A stretch of DNA of 64,000 bases from Hypanus sabinus (taxonomy: Eukaryota): the NCBI RefSeq assembly GCF_030144855.1, contig NC_082719.1, forward strand, positions 77,066,001 to 77,130,000. Direction: 5' to 3'. The notes beneath the pieces were generated by a model. The model was not told the origin of the DNA, searched no databases, and saw nothing but the letters and a program-made list of their open reading frames with translations. The position numbers and the translations under genes were made by a program. Below, in pieces: positions 1-12,588 of this stretch; within the stretch, counting starts at the first letter, position 1, and every line of letters starts with the position of its first letter.

Positions 1-40
1 CTCGTGCTTTGGGTGAACAGGTGCATGATGAATGAATGAA

Positions 41-415
41 ATTTTTTTACTTCGGTCAGTACAAACATAACAAAAATCATTTTCAACGATGATTTCATAA
101 GACAAAATTACAAAAACAAAAAAAGATATTCTTTAAAACAGACCAAAAGGGTGTAGGCTGAAGCTACAGCTTATTACGCCTACCCCTCTCACTTATACAA
201 CATATTTGGCGTCGATCATTACATCAAAACAATTTCATAATCTTTTAAACACAAAATCCAATTCCAAGTATCATTTATTTACATTACTCCCATTCATTTT
301 AAATCATGCATTTTATATTTCATCATTAAATTATTTTTAAGTAATTTTTAAACTTGTTAAGTGTGGTGCTTTTAAAAACAATTCTCACTACAATTGTTCC
401 ATAGATTCACCCCTT
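41..415 (-). mobile_element. 3' end of an L2-group (Crack/Daphne-like) LINE
   Basis: GVNLWNN..LNKFKNYLK C-terminal peptide and a GGGTAGGCG..AAGCTGTAGCTTCAGCCTACACCC 3' UTR hairpin. Confidence 0.5.
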
Positions 416-419
416 GACT

Positions 420-1285
420 CCATCTTGCAACTGGATACAGATAGGTTGGGACGAAAGAGTGAGGCTGACGATTTGTGCAACTCTCCCTCATTTTAATCCA
501 AGTCAAGCGCAAGTTACGACTCCAAACCTATTCCGCTAAAAACTTCAAGCTCTGTGGCGATGGGCGAGTAGCGAAGCAGCAGGTGTGGATACACTGGAAG
601 CTGTAGTCACAAACCTGCACACAGGTGGCCCAGGGCATTGGGTCATTCTCCGCTGGAATGAAGCAGCAGTGGAGCTCGGCAGCCCCCTGGGTGTCTGTGC
701 AGTCCTCTTTAGGAATCGCTCTGCTCACTTCCATGGAGGAAGGGGCTAGAAAAGGTGCCTCAAACACAGCCTGCTTCATCTTACCCTGGCCAGCACACCG
801 CGGCTGGCGGGGATCCCACTCAGCGGTCGATCTACAAAGAAGACGAAAGTGAAGATGCTCAACCTTAGCACATGGAACGTGCGAACTCTGCTTGACATCA
901 CCAAGGCTGTCAGACCAGAAAGAAGAACAGCACTGGTCGCCAAAGAACTAGACCGCTATAACGTGGACATTGCAGCTCTCAGCGAAACACACCTAGCAGA
1001 CAAGGGCCAGCTTACAGAACGTGGTGGTGGGTACACCTTCTTCTGGAGTGGTCGCAGCAGCACTGAACGACGGCGAGGCTGGCGTTCGATTTGCCATCTG
1101 ATCCCACCTCGCTCGTAAACTTGTCAAGGTTCCAGAGGGCATCAACAATCGCCTGATGATGCTTTGGCTCCCACTTGGCAATAAGAGGAGTGCATTGCTG
1201 ATCAGCGCATATGCCCCAACAATGACCAAACCAGATGACATCAAAGATAAGTTCTAAGAACTTGACACCCTCATAGCAGCAGTGT
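420..1285 (+). mobile_element. RTE (BovB-related) LINE 5' UTR and AP-endonuclease remnant
   Basis: TWNVRTLLD..RPERRTALVAKELDRYNVDIAALSETHL..GYTFFWSG; ISAYAPT. Confidence 0.88.
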
Positions 1286-1630
1286 CCTACGTGTCTCACT
1301 GTGCCCTGATTGCGCTTCACAACGCTTTGCTGGGTCCACCTTTCTACTCATTGGACCGCCAAATGGTGGTCTCCTCTGCATAGTCCGCCGAATTCAGTCT
1401 TCACATGCGTAGGTAGACAAGCCCTAACTCACCGAGGGCTAGTCTCACCAGATTTTGCCGGCCAGTCGAAGCTGTTGCCCAGGGTGTGGCCGCTGTTGCA
1501 TGCCAACAGCTACGAGGAACCACTGGTGAGAGCTGAGCGTCAGGTGAGGATCAATGCGGATGAACTACTCAGAAGAATACGACGTGTTCCCTGTCAGAGG
1601 TACTACCTCTCCCTGATACCCCATACCCCA
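1286..1630 (-). mobile_element. Inverted RTE-type 5' UTR fragment
   Basis: Minus strand reads GCTCAGCTCTCACC..AGCGGCCACACCC..CCCTCGGTGAGTTAGGG, recalled as RTE 5' UTR sequence. Confidence 0.5.
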
Positions 1631-1679
1631 AAGAGGGGTACACCTGCTACGAATGGACAGCTGCAAGCCTGATTGGTGT

Positions 1680-1880
1680 AAGACCATGACAGAGGAGCAG
1701 AAATAGACCATTAAGCCCATCGAGTCTGCTCCACCATGGCTGATTTATTATCCTTCTCAACTCCATTCTCCTGTCTTCTCCCTGTAACTTTTGTCACCCT
1801 TACTAATTAAGAACCTATCAACCTCTGCATTAAACATACTCAATAACTTGCTCTCCACATCCATTTATGGCAATAAGTTG
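1680..1880 (-). mobile_element. CR1 3' end fragment
   Basis: Reverse complement of the CR1 3' end seen at 2800-2960 and 46790-46950. Confidence 0.7.
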
Positions 1881-2624
1881 GAAATTACTTTGATTTATTC
1901 ATCTGTGAATGAGAAAAAAGTTGTATGATTCATAAGTTTTAGATACATGCAACTGACAATCACAGATCAATTTCAATGACATAAAATAATCCAAACTATT
2001 AAGAAATTGAAATGACTGATTCCCAAGGCAGACCTGAATTTGCCTTAGGATTTAGGTCTAATTCTGAATCCTTTTTCTTTAATTCTTTGAAATTCCTTGA
2101 AATACTAATCAGGACATCAATGGTTAAAGTCTGCATAAGGTCATCAATGTGGTATTTGTCAGCAGAGAGAAAAGCTAGCTGGATCCACACCTGGAGCACA
2201 AAGACAGAAAATGCAGGAAACATTCAGAAGATTGGCCAGCAAAAATGAGGAGAGAAACAAATTCAATGCTTCAGATCCCAGACTCTTCATTAAAACTGGA
2301 AAATGAAGAATATTCAAGTGAGGGGAAGGGGTGAAGAATGTCTTTGATAGGATGCAGACCAAAGTTATAAGTTATAGAAGCCTGATCGATGTTATGTGGC
2401 CAGAACCTTCTGTGATCAAAGCTGGTTTCATTCTATTTTATGAGTCAATTACCATTTAATATTAACATAATTTGATATTCTAATTTCTCCATATATCTGT
2501 TGAGAGCTATGTCTCATAACTGCTTCAGCCTCAGTACTGCAATGAAAGTTTCACAAAATTCAAAACATCAGGGAAAAAAAGACAGGTGTAAAGAATAAAT
2601 GCCATTCATAAACCTGAAATGGTA

Positions 2625-2965
2625 ACATATTGATAAAAGATGGTAGAGTGGATGTGGAGATGATGTTTCCTGTAATGGAGGAGTCTAGGATTAGAGAGTA
2701 TAGCTTCAGAATAGAGGGAGATCTCTGCACATTCATCCAGAGATGTGAGGATGGTGAACCTGTGAAATTCATTGCCACTTACGGTTGTAGAGTCAAGCCA
2801 TTGAGTATATTTAAGGCAGAGATTGATAAGTTCTTGGGCATCAAAGGTTATGGGGAGAAGGCAGGAGAACAGGGTTGAGAGAGAAAATAAATCCACCATA
2901 ATGGAATGGCCAAGCAGACTCGATGAGCTGAATAATCTAATTCTGCTCCAATGGCTTATGGTTTT
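2625..2965 (+). mobile_element. CR1 3' end fragment
   Basis: RVDVEMMFP..FKAEIDKFL..GIKGYGEKAG plus typical 3' UTR. Confidence 0.8.
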
Positions 2966-3185
2966 AGGCCTTAAAAGAATGAAAAATGCTCAGGTCCATC
3001 CCAGGACCAACCCAAAAATAATAACATTTATGAGTATACTTACAGGTATAACAGTATTTGGCATCCACTCAAAAGATGAATAACCTTACAACATCTAAAA
3101 AATTATTTCCAATAAAAAAAAAACTAGTTTTCAAGCAATGATATAAACAAATCTTTAAGATCACCTAGAATATGCAAGAGGCTTA

Positions 3186-3724
3186 TGTAACTCTCACTTT
3201 AGCTGGGGGCTTAATACAGGGGATGACAGCTCCCGGCCCGGCCAAACTTAAAAAATCTTGGTTGGGTGGATGCTACACGATCTGTCCTGTTTTAAATCAG
3301 TACCATGAAACAACAAACAGTACATAATATGCGATTAAACTGAGCTTTATAATTCTTAATTTGACTATATGGTTAGTAAAGAAAACAAAAGAAGAAAAAG
3401 GGCCCATTCTCCTGAAACAGTCTAATACGCAATGTTGGAGCTCACTGATAAGACCGATCGTCCACTATCGACCTCCTCCGATCGTTGCTGACCTTCGGAC
3501 TCTCACTCCAAGTCCACTCAGTCCAAGGTCTACCAACTCTCTCCATTTGCGTCTTCTCTCATCTCTCCTGGCAAAAAAACTGTGATGTCTCGGCTCCCAG
3601 ACACACAAGAAAGAACAAAATCCTGCTTGTTGGCCAACATGACCCGTTACTTCTAGCCATAACCCAAACATTGCTGCTACAGAGAAGCCATTACATTAGC
3701 AGTGAAACCTTACAACATGTTACA
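3186..3724 (-). repeat. Gypsy 3' LTR (complete); 5' LTR survives only as ~6782-6888
   Basis: 3655-3724 repeated at 6785-6888; GGGGGGAGAG PPT adjacent. Confidence 0.88.
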
Positions 3725-6700
3725 CTCTCCCCCCACCAAATTTAGTCATGTCCTCATGATGCTGAGATAATTCGCCAACCCTTCCTGCAAAACACAAAGT
3801 CCAATCCAAGAGCACAAGGCAGTGACATAGCTCCCCAAAACGGTAGGATCACGCTCTGCTCCCCTGGTGCTACTCAGGCCAGCTTATCTGGTGGTCTCCT
3901 AATTCTCTGAGACCTTTGCACCCCAGCATCTAACTCTTCAGGATACTGGGGATACTTCCGGTCTACCCGGCAAGGCCTCCCCCAACCTATCACTCGTGCC
4001 CACCTGCAACTCAGCGCCCCCGTCTCGTGGCCAAGCCCCGCTTCTTCCCCTGCAGAGTCCCGTTGCAACCCAGGCTACCCACAGCTAGCCCCCCCCCCAA
4101 CCCCACATTTCACCAGACAGCGGGAGAATGATCGGGAGTTTCTTCCTCAGTCAACGGGGAGTTAGCGAAAGGCAGCACATACCACACATCCAGGTCCTCA
4201 TCCTCTGAATCAGTATCCCTCTCGGGGTAGGAGCCGGCCTAACCTCTCCTGCTGTAGGCCCTGTAGTTGCCCCTTGTTTCCGAAGAGTCCTCTTTTTAGA
4301 TGTAGGCTCCAAGTCAGGCTCTGGGTCTCCCTGCATCATTGACAGTAGGTGGTTCCGATGGAGAATCTTAACAGGCCCATTCCCAACCTCTGGTTTCACC
4401 CAGAAAACTGGTAGGTTTGGCATTTGACTCTCCACCACATAGGGCGTAGCTGCCCAACAGTCAGCCAACTTATGCTTTCCAGGTAGCCCCAAATTCCTTA
4501 TGAGGACTCTGTAGACTCCCAGCAGCAGTTGGGAGAACTTCACCTTTTGAACATATCTCTTCTTATTTCCTTGATTTCGCTTGGCGGCCGCGACCCCTGC
4601 TAATTCATAAGCCCTTTTTAACTCTCTTCTCATATCAGACACATACTTCAGTTAAGTCTTCGGGGGTAAGTTACCCTCATCAGTCCCAAAACAAAGGTCA
4701 ATAGGCAATCTTGCCTCACCCCTAAATATCAAATAATATGATGAGTACCCCAGTAGCTTCATTTCATGTACAGTTGTAACTGAACCAGACGCCCAATATG
4801 CTGACTCTACCTGATCTTCTTGCTGATCTTCAGTGTCCCGAGCATGTCTAGCAAGGTCTGATTAAACCTCTCTGGTTGGGGATAACCCTGTGAGTGATAG
4901 GTCGTGGTCCTCGACTTCTCAACTCCAAGCATGCCCAGTAACTCATGAATGAGTCTGCTCTTGAAATCCCGTCCCTGGTCACTATGTATTCACCTGGGAA
5001 GGCCATAATAGATTAAATACTTCTCCCATAACACTTTTGCCACCGTAGATGCCCTCTGGTCCTTGGTAGGAAAAGCCTGAGCATATCTGGTGTACTGGTC
5101 CGTGATGACTAAGATGCTCGCCGTGTTGCTGGCATCGGGTTCTATGGACAGGAAATCCATACACACCAGGTCCAGAGACCCTGCACTCTGCAAGTGGGAC
5201 AAGGGAGTGCCCGCGTAGGCGGTGTCTTCCTCCATATGCATCGAATGCACGACTTGCAGTATTCTTCGACCTCCAACTTCATTCGAGGCCAGTAAAACCG
5301 GTCTCTGAGCAATCTATAGGTCTTTTCTGCCCCCAAATGTTCAGAATCATCATGAAGTGACTTTAACGCAGTCCTTTGATACTTCTCAGGCAGAACCAGC
5401 TGACAACGCCGAGGTTGGTCGGGACTGAGGTCATTCTTTCAGTAATGGAGGCACTGACGTGTGTTTCATCTTCTCTGCCTGAGCCACGTCTCCCTTTTCA
5501 ACCGCCCCCCAAATGGTACCAATGCCCAGATCATCTCACTGAGCTGCTGTTACCTTCTCAGAACTCAATTTTAGTTGCTGATTTGTCTTCAGAGTATTCA
5601 GGTTACAGTAAACTTGGGGGATGGCATCATCAGAACCTCCCAATTTATCTACCACTTGATCCTCCCTCTCCTTTTCCTCTGCCTTCACAGTGATGGCAAA
5701 ATAACATATGCCCTTCACCCCCGTGGCAGGAACACTCTTCCACTCTTTGTCCCTGACCAGTCCCTCATGTGCCCGTCGGGACAAAGCATCAGCATCAATA
5801 TTCCTGCTTCCCAGCCGGTATGTCAGGCTGAAATCATAGGCAGACAACGCTGCCAACCACCGAGGTCTGGATATAAGTTAGGGGTTGTTGTCCATCTTCA
5901 CCTCAAACTTGGCCTCATAGAGGTAGTCACTTGCTTATCCACCACCGCCCATTTCAACACCAGAAATTCCAACTTGTGCGTGGGATAGTTTTTCTCCGAG
6001 GGTGACAGACTCTGGCTGACAAATGCCACAGGCCTCGATTGATACAGGATGCCCCCTAAACCCTCTCGGTTGGTATCTGTGTGCAGTACATATGGTAACC
6101 GGGCTTCTGCAAAAGCCAGTACTGGTGCCTGGGTCAGCAGTTCCTTCAGCGACTGAAATCCTTCTTCACATTTTGCATCCCACCTCAGTCCAAAGGGCTA
6201 TGATGGGCAAAGATACTCTCCACCTTCCTGTCCTCTTCTTCCCCCTCCCTTTCTTCCCCAATGGAGGGTAATTGCACAGAAGCTGTGTCAACGGGTAGCC
6301 TTTCACGAACCTCTGACAGTAACCACAGAACCCGAGGAACAAGCGCAGAGCGAGGGCTCACAGTCTGGGGTCTTGGCCAAGTGGTAACCACCTCTATCTT
6401 AGCTGGATCTACACCTGCTCCATCCAGTGACACTATGTACCCAACAAAGCTAACAGATGTTTGGCAGAACTGGCACTTGTCCAGGGAAAGTTTTAACCCT
6501 TCAACTTTCAGGCGACCCAACACCTTCAGCAGCCTCGCTTCATATTCTTCCAAATACTATGAGGTCATCCAGATATACCAATACCTCAAGCAAGTTCATA
6601 TCCCCCACTGTCTTCTCCATGACTCACTGCAAGGTTGCAAGAGCTCCTGAGGTGCCCTGGTGCATCCTTTTGAACTGGAAAAATCCCAGGGGACATATAA

Positions 6701-6888
6701 ATGCTTTGGCAACCTCACTCATGGGATCTGGTAATATCTGGTATGCTCCTCAAGTCCAGCACATTGAACCACTTTGCAACATTTTAGTCATAACCCAAAC
6801 ATTGCTGCTACAGAGAAACCGTTACCTCAGCAGTGGAACATTACAGAGAAGCCATTACATTAGCAGTGAAACCTTACAGCTTGTTACA
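3186..6888 (-). mobile_element. Ty3/Gypsy LTR retrotransposon, internally deleted, sense to EPG5
   Basis: TGTAAC..GTTACA termini; CTTA TSD (3182-3185, 6889-6892); RT (LKLSLDKCQF), RNase H (NIDADALSR), IN (DLVCMDFL..DQYTRYAQAFPT; GKHKLADCW..PY..LHRNHLL); PPT beside the 3' LTR. Confidence 0.93.
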
Positions 6889-6940
6889 CTTATTAAACTA
6901 AATTATGTATAATTAGCTAACACAGTAATGAAATACAAAC

Positions 6941-7063
6941 CTTTAAGGCTTGATCTGGAGTTACTGAAGAATTGCTAATTAATTCAAGTTCCATATACCT
7001 ACGGAGTTGGGAATCTTCTTCAAAAATTGCCTCCATATTGAATATGATCCAGGAAAACCACAC
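6941..7063 (-). CDS. EPG5: EPG5 exon 21 (last exon seen in window)
   Basis: [41 protein letters not shown]; AG/GT, 123 nt. Confidence 0.95.
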
Positions 7064-7864
7064 CTATAAAATAAATATTCTTTTAAAAGCTGCGTAAATA
7101 TTATACTACTAAGCAAATATTCAGACTCAGTCACTGTTTTACAAATGCTTTTCTTTGCAAAAGTTTGCACTCTGCATTAGGCCCTTAGAGAAGGACGAGT
7201 GTATTAAATCTTAATAAATAGTCTAGCAGAATATTCCTGGCTTGAGATTGCAAAGTTATTTAGTCATACTGGAGAAATCTGGAACTGGGGCGGCATAGCT
7301 TCAATATAAAGGGGTCAAAGCTTTGATATAAAGCCTTTGCACCATCAAGGTGCCGCCTCAAAAAGGAGGCATCTATCATTAAGGACCCCCACCACCAAAA
7401 ACATGTCATCTTCTCATTACTACCATCAGAGAGCCTGAAGATACATGGTCAATGTTTCAGGAACAGCTTCCTCCCCTCTGCCATCACGTTTCTGAACAGA
7501 CAATGAACACACAAATGTTACCTCACTATCTTTGTTCTTCTTTTGCACTTTTTTATTACATATATTTTTATTATAATAAAAAAGTCATATTATAATTAAA
7601 GTTAACTTAAGCAGCTTATGGTCAATCCATAATTTCATGTCTATTGAGGCTGGGCCAGGGCACACAAGATAACTTGATTCTGACTACTCAAAATTATTAC
7701 TTTGCCAAAAATAATCAGGAAACCCTAACTATAGTTAGGTACTCACATCTCAGCAATAGGCAGATGTTCAGAACACACCCAGCAAGTGAAATAAAGGTGG
7801 AGTCTTTAAATGAGTGGTAAGCTTCTATGAGTGAAAACTTTATGGAGTTATTATAAGCATATAC

Positions 7865-7975
7865 CTCAGTTGCAGTGGCATTGCCTTCAATAAATGATGG
7901 TGTTATGTTGCCAGCTAACATCCAGTTCATGAATGAAGTCAGTAATCCACGATCACTGTGGTATCCAAGAGCATT
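7865..7975 (-). CDS. EPG5: EPG5 exon 20
   Basis: [37 protein letters not shown]; AG/GT, 111 nt. Confidence 0.95.
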
Positions 7976-8319
7976 CTAAACATTTGACAATAAGAAAACG
8001 ACTGATAAAAATTACACCATATATCTGGATTTACTTGTACCAGATTTTATTAACATTATACATTTTTAAAAGGGAGGTACAAATTGACATTAAATTAATA
8101 TTCTCAAATCAAATATTCATTTTAATAACCTTGTGCATAATCTTGCAGTGTAAATGCTGATGTTAATATTTCAAAATTAAAGCACCAACGGATGGTTTAT
8201 AACTGTTCTAATTAGTTGGCTGTTCTATTTTTTGTATGAAACCAAATGCAAGTTTCAATTTTGATTGAATCAATTTAAATTAGGTTACTTTACATTTGAA
8301 TATATAATTTGTGAGCTAC

Positions 8320-8517
8320 CTTGTGTAGTTGGTAAAGTGACTTTTGCAAACAGTCTTCCTGTCGGTGAAGAAATGCTGTCTTGCATAGATTGTCCATTAG
8401 AAACAAAACAGTTTTATCTCTGTGCCACAAGTGCTGATTTGTCAAGACGTGAATCCAGAATTCCAAAATAACACCAGCTCCCACTCTGCCGGGTTTACTG
8501 CTTTCCACAATATGAGT
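8320..8517 (-). CDS. EPG5: EPG5 exon 19
   Basis: [51 protein letters not shown]; AG/GT, 198 nt. Confidence 0.95.
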
Positions 8518-9382
8518 CTGTGAAGATGAGCATTGTTTAATTTCTTTTAGAATATTGCATCAAATCAACGACTAAAAATGCTGAGAGAAAAAAAAGTTTA
8601 CATGCTGAATATTTTGCATTCTTAAATACACAACCATAACTTAACCTTCTGAAAATATAGAATAGCTATCTTAACTATTTATATATATTGTGTTTCTTTT
8701 ATTATTTGTTATTTATCTTTTTGTGTTTTGTTAGTGCTAAATCAGATCTGGAATAACAATTATTTTGTTCTTTTTTACATTTGTATACTGAAGATGACAC
8801 TAAGAGTTGACTTTTCCTTAAGCCACCCTCAGTATACCTGCCCCCCACTCGCCATACTCCCCTCCACTCCATCCAAATTCCTCCTTAGTACATTCCAATT
8901 CTTACTCTGCACCTGTACTCATTCAAGACCTGGAGCTGGCAGCTCTAAAGTGCAAAATGCTTTGGGGTCTGTCCAATCATCAATGCCTCTGCAATGCATG
9001 AATGAAGAATTGCAGCCTCATATTTTTGAAACTATATAAGTTCAGCAAGTACAATAGACGTAATTAAAAAGTGGGAATGGAGAAACATAAAGTAACTCCA
9101 AGTGTGATAAAAAAAAACAAGAAAAACCTCCAGTCTATAATTTATTATCTACCTTAACAGTTAAACACTAATGAGACTTACTGAATGTGAAATACATCCA
9201 TACAAATGGTTAATCTTTACAAAAAAAGTTGCTTCAGTTGAGTTATCACCTCAAAACATCAATAATAGGTTTTCATTTATAACTATAAATTATGCAAAAG
9301 CTTTGTTTTTGACTCCAAAAATAAAAAAAATCTTTATCAACAGATTACGAAGAGCAAGATGCTTATATTTCATTAAAATGCA

Positions 9383-10111
9383 ATACAGTGGATTTAGATT
9401 AACTCCAACAAATCAGGACCGGTACATCTTAGCCCAATTAAGTAGCCGCCCCAACCAGCCAAAGTTTCTTAGAAATAGTTATAAAAAAGACAAACTGAGT
9501 AACAGACTGTATTTAAATGAAATACATGAAGTAGAACACTAGCAATATAAAACTGTGTATTAGTTCCTAGTAGTTTACAACAGATGAATTCATCCAATAT
9601 ATGCAATGAACAAAATCAGCGCAGATACAGAGTGTAGATAATGGATTGACTTCATACAATGCTATTGACAATCTTCATTAAAGAAGATTGTGAAACCTTC
9701 AAACTCTTTGTAGTGAAATAATTTCATTTTCACTCCAGCCATTTCTGGCATCTCAAAGTCTGAATGCTTGAACCCACCGTGAGCAAATCAGGTCTGAATT
9801 GTCTTATTGCTCATTTCTTATGAACTTACAGTGTCAAAAAAAATCACCGCTTTTTGTATAGGAAAAAGATGACTGACAGTATTAGAAAAGCATTTTGCTC
9901 TAAGCATGGTGTAGCATCTACACAAGTACCCTTGGCTGACATTAGGTACAACCTGTTCGGCAACAGTTTCCTGCCCCAGTTAAGTGTCATGATGTCCCAA
10001 AAAAAGAAGGGAATACCAGAAATTTTCTCAATTAGTCTGTGTTCTTTTAAGAGTTGTTCCAAATAAGTCACAACCCTGATTCACCAACAACTCAATTAAC
10101 TGGAATCTACT
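9383..10111. mobile_element. Old Tigger/pogo-like non-autonomous DNA transposon
   Basis: Imperfect TIRs CAGTGGATT..TTAA / TTAACTGGAATCTACTG; related copy at ~27570-28195. Confidence 0.5.
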
Positions 10112-10794
10112 GGAAACCTGATAATTTTTGAGGGGAAGGCTGATTTACAGGAGATCAACCAGCGTCAGTGGGTGTGGGGAGGGAGACAGAAAAATAATCA
10201 ACGTTTCATGTTCTGATGAAGGGTCAATGTTAATTTTCTTTTTCCCTCCCTCTCCCCTCAAATGATCCCTGACTAATGAGTATATCAGCATTTGGCTTTT
10301 ATTTCAGATATGCAGTATCTGCTGTACTTGTGCTCACAGTGTTATCTTAACATCCTGTAAAAGGCAGATATGTCAGGTACAACCAGAATTGGGATAGTGT
10401 GTCAACTGATGGGATTAATTTGTGCAAATCAGTAAATCTAGTACTTTACAAATATCATACTTTTATTCAAATCTGTTTAATCAGCAATACAGGAACTGAG
10501 CCACAAATCAGTCAAGCCAACTTATGTAATCTTGACTGTATTACTCAGCAATATTAAATAGAACCCAAAGAAGCAAATCTTTTAGAGAACCGTTAACAGA
10601 AGAATTTGCACATCTCCAGAGTAACAGCACTTCCAAATGCATTTAATTGCTCATGAAATGACATGGGATGTCCAGAGGCAATGAACAGCATCACAGAATT
10701 ACAAGCTCATCTTTTAATATGATTATATTGTTTACTATGATGTGTTTAATAATTTTCGCTGTTTTTTGAAACGTAATTAATGTGCCTTTCCTAC

Positions 10795-10939
10795 CTGGAT
10801 CATACTGTTTAATAATTTAATGTTTTCACCATAAGTGATACCAGTTAAATGTTGTGCCACTTTCTGAGTCATTTGCTGAGTCACTCCCTGAGGCACAACA
10901 CTGTCAGTCTGCAGAAAAAGCTGTAAAGTCAATAAAAAC
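10795..10939 (-). CDS. EPG5: EPG5 exon 18
   Basis: [44 protein letters not shown]; AG/GT, 145 nt. Confidence 0.95.
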
Positions 10940-11469
10940 CTGCGGAAGATAGAAATGAATCATAGTGAGTTTTCTCCCATTTCTTTCACACTAAAGATTC
11001 CTAATCCTAAATGACAATCACACAGTTCCCATAAGATATTATTGTAATATCATGAAGAATACAGACGGAAGAGTTAAGTCTTTTTTGTCTTTAAATGCTT
11101 ATATGCAAACGCAAATTCACATGAGTGACACATCCAGCTAGTCTACTTCACTATTTAAGTGTATTTCATTATTCCTGATAAGTGGGTGTTAGAGCAAATT
11201 CTGGACTGGGGTTGTACAGCAAAATAATTAACTTAAGCAACCAACCTTCGGATCTGAATATGGACTATAGATTAAATTTAAAATATAGCTCCGGATAATA
11301 AGTTCTTAGAGTTGCGAAATGCAATTAATTGGAAAACCAGACAATGTTGGTTTAGCATTCATCTTGGGTGTCTTTGGTATGGTTGCGAAGAAGGAGGTGT
11401 GAAAGTTATACGTAATTCAAAGGAAGCATTGTAGATATATTGTAAATATAGAATTGTCCTTTAATCTTT

Positions 11470-11700
11470 ATAACCATATAACAATTACAGCATGGAAACA
11501 GGCCATCTTGGCCCTTCTAGTCCATGCCGAATGCTTACTCTCACCTAGTCCCACTGACCTGCATTCAGCCCATAACCCTCCATTCCTTTCCTGTCCATAT
11601 ACCTATCCAATTTTACTTTAAATGACAATATCGAACCTGCCTCCCACTTCTACTGGAAACTCGTCAAACCTGCCTCTACCACTTCTAATGGAAGCTCACT
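11470..11700 (-). mobile_element. CR1 3' end (same subfamily as 58043-58330)
   Basis: Closely similar to 58043-58330 (TAACCATATAACAA..GAAACAGGCCATCT). Confidence 0.75.
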
Positions 11701-12073
11701 TAGCATACAAAATGAAGCAAAATTGGGTTAAACAGTCCTCTTCCTCCAAAAGGGTCTCAATATGACATCTGGTGAGCCTCATTTTGAAGAAAACAAGCCT
11801 ATTTCGTATCTACCAGCTGTGTCTCTCTGGTAACTTTGTTCATGTTACAACAATGAGGTCCAAGATGTGTGCTTTTATAAGCAATGTTGTTGTAAACTTA
11901 CTAGTTTTTTTTATGACATTAATCATACCCATGAATTGATTTACTGGAATGGAGTTTAAGGAGAAAAAAGAACTTTGTATCATAAAGGGTTTATTGGGAC
12001 ATTAACAATTCAAAATTTCAAATAAACAAAATATGTAAGAATATTAGCTTCCATACTTCATCTAAGCACATTA

Positions 12074-12588
12074 CGAGGGGTGATTGATAAGTCTGTGGCC
12101 TAACGTAGAAAGAAAACCTAGCACATTTATTTTTCAACATAGTCCCCTCCTACATTTACACACTTAGTCCAGCGGTCGTGGAGCATGCGGATCCTTCTTT
12201 GTAGAAGTCGGCATCTTGGACCTCCAGAAGTGGTCCACAGCAGGAGTGATTGATAAGTTCGTGGCCTGAGGTATGAAGAGATGAGTTATACAGTTCTCAT
12301 TACATGCACGTGCAGTTCAATTCTTTGAGCGATTATACAGAAAGTTTGAAGTTACAACTTCTGTGGTATTTCTGTTTCAGATAATTGAAAATTGCAAGTA
12401 CTGTCTGAGAAAGTGGACAACATTGGCCTTCGTGCAGTCATCCGCTACCTCGGTCTCAAGGGCTTATCACCCAGGGAGGTCCATGAGAACATGGTGGCAA
12501 CACTAGGGGAGGGTGAAAAATAAATGTGCTAGGTTTTCTAAAATTGACTCCTTCTACTTTAGGCCACGAACTTATCGATCACCCCTCG
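12074..12588. mobile_element. Non-autonomous rearranged mariner transposon
   Basis: TIRs CGAGGGGTGATTGATAAGT../..ACTTATCGATCACCCCTCG; transposase N-terminal (GLRAVIRYLGLKGLSPREVH) and inverted C-terminal (RWTKCVNVGGDYVEK*) remnants. Confidence 0.85.

Noticed and set aside
1-3185. Apparent absence of EPG5 exon 22 (KAQ..LIYRWAHQAL)
   Set aside because: No match seen, but the intron most likely extends past the window edge; not evidence of exon loss.
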